From the NCBI RefSeq assembly GCF_009914755.1, contig NC_060926.1: 64,000 bases of DNA. One strand, 5' to 3'. The notes beneath the pieces were generated by a model. The model saw only the letters and a list, made by a program, of their open reading frames with translations, was not told the origin of the DNA and did not search any database. The position numbers and the translations under genes were made by a program. Below are positions 60,270 to 64,000 of this stretch, piece by piece; position 1 is the first letter of the stretch; every line of letters starts with the position of its first letter. The stretch comes from the human T2T-CHM13v2.0 reference genome, Homo sapiens.

Positions 60270-64000
<3,731 letters not shown>

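Overview
Human genomic DNA (a human-specific AluYb8 is present) containing the 5' part of TMEM87B, a GOLD-domain seven-transmembrane (GOST) family gene, on the + strand. Coding exons 1-15 (14564-59672, 1450 nt, about 483 codons) were rebuilt by hand from splice sites and reading frame; the gene continues beyond the window. Upstream are the 5' half of a HERV-W element that looks like an L1-mobilised processed copy, a solo LTR13, and a CpG-island promoter with a compound GC-box VNTR. The introns are filled with Alu, L1, L2, CR1, MaLR and DNA-transposon remnants. The most notable structure is a splicing switch. Two 72-nt paralogous exons (11a at 50691-50762 and 11b at 54203-54274) each have a U2-type AG acceptor and a U12-type ATATCCTTT donor, and they share one U12 branch point and AC acceptor (56002-56018). 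This should force mutually exclusive use and swap a predicted transmembrane helix 5. Exon 11b also has a roughly 130-nt adenine-free polypyrimidine tract and begins with a perfect U2 donor. Repeat subfamily names and protein comparisons are from recall of consensus sequences, not from database searches, and repeat boundaries are approximate.
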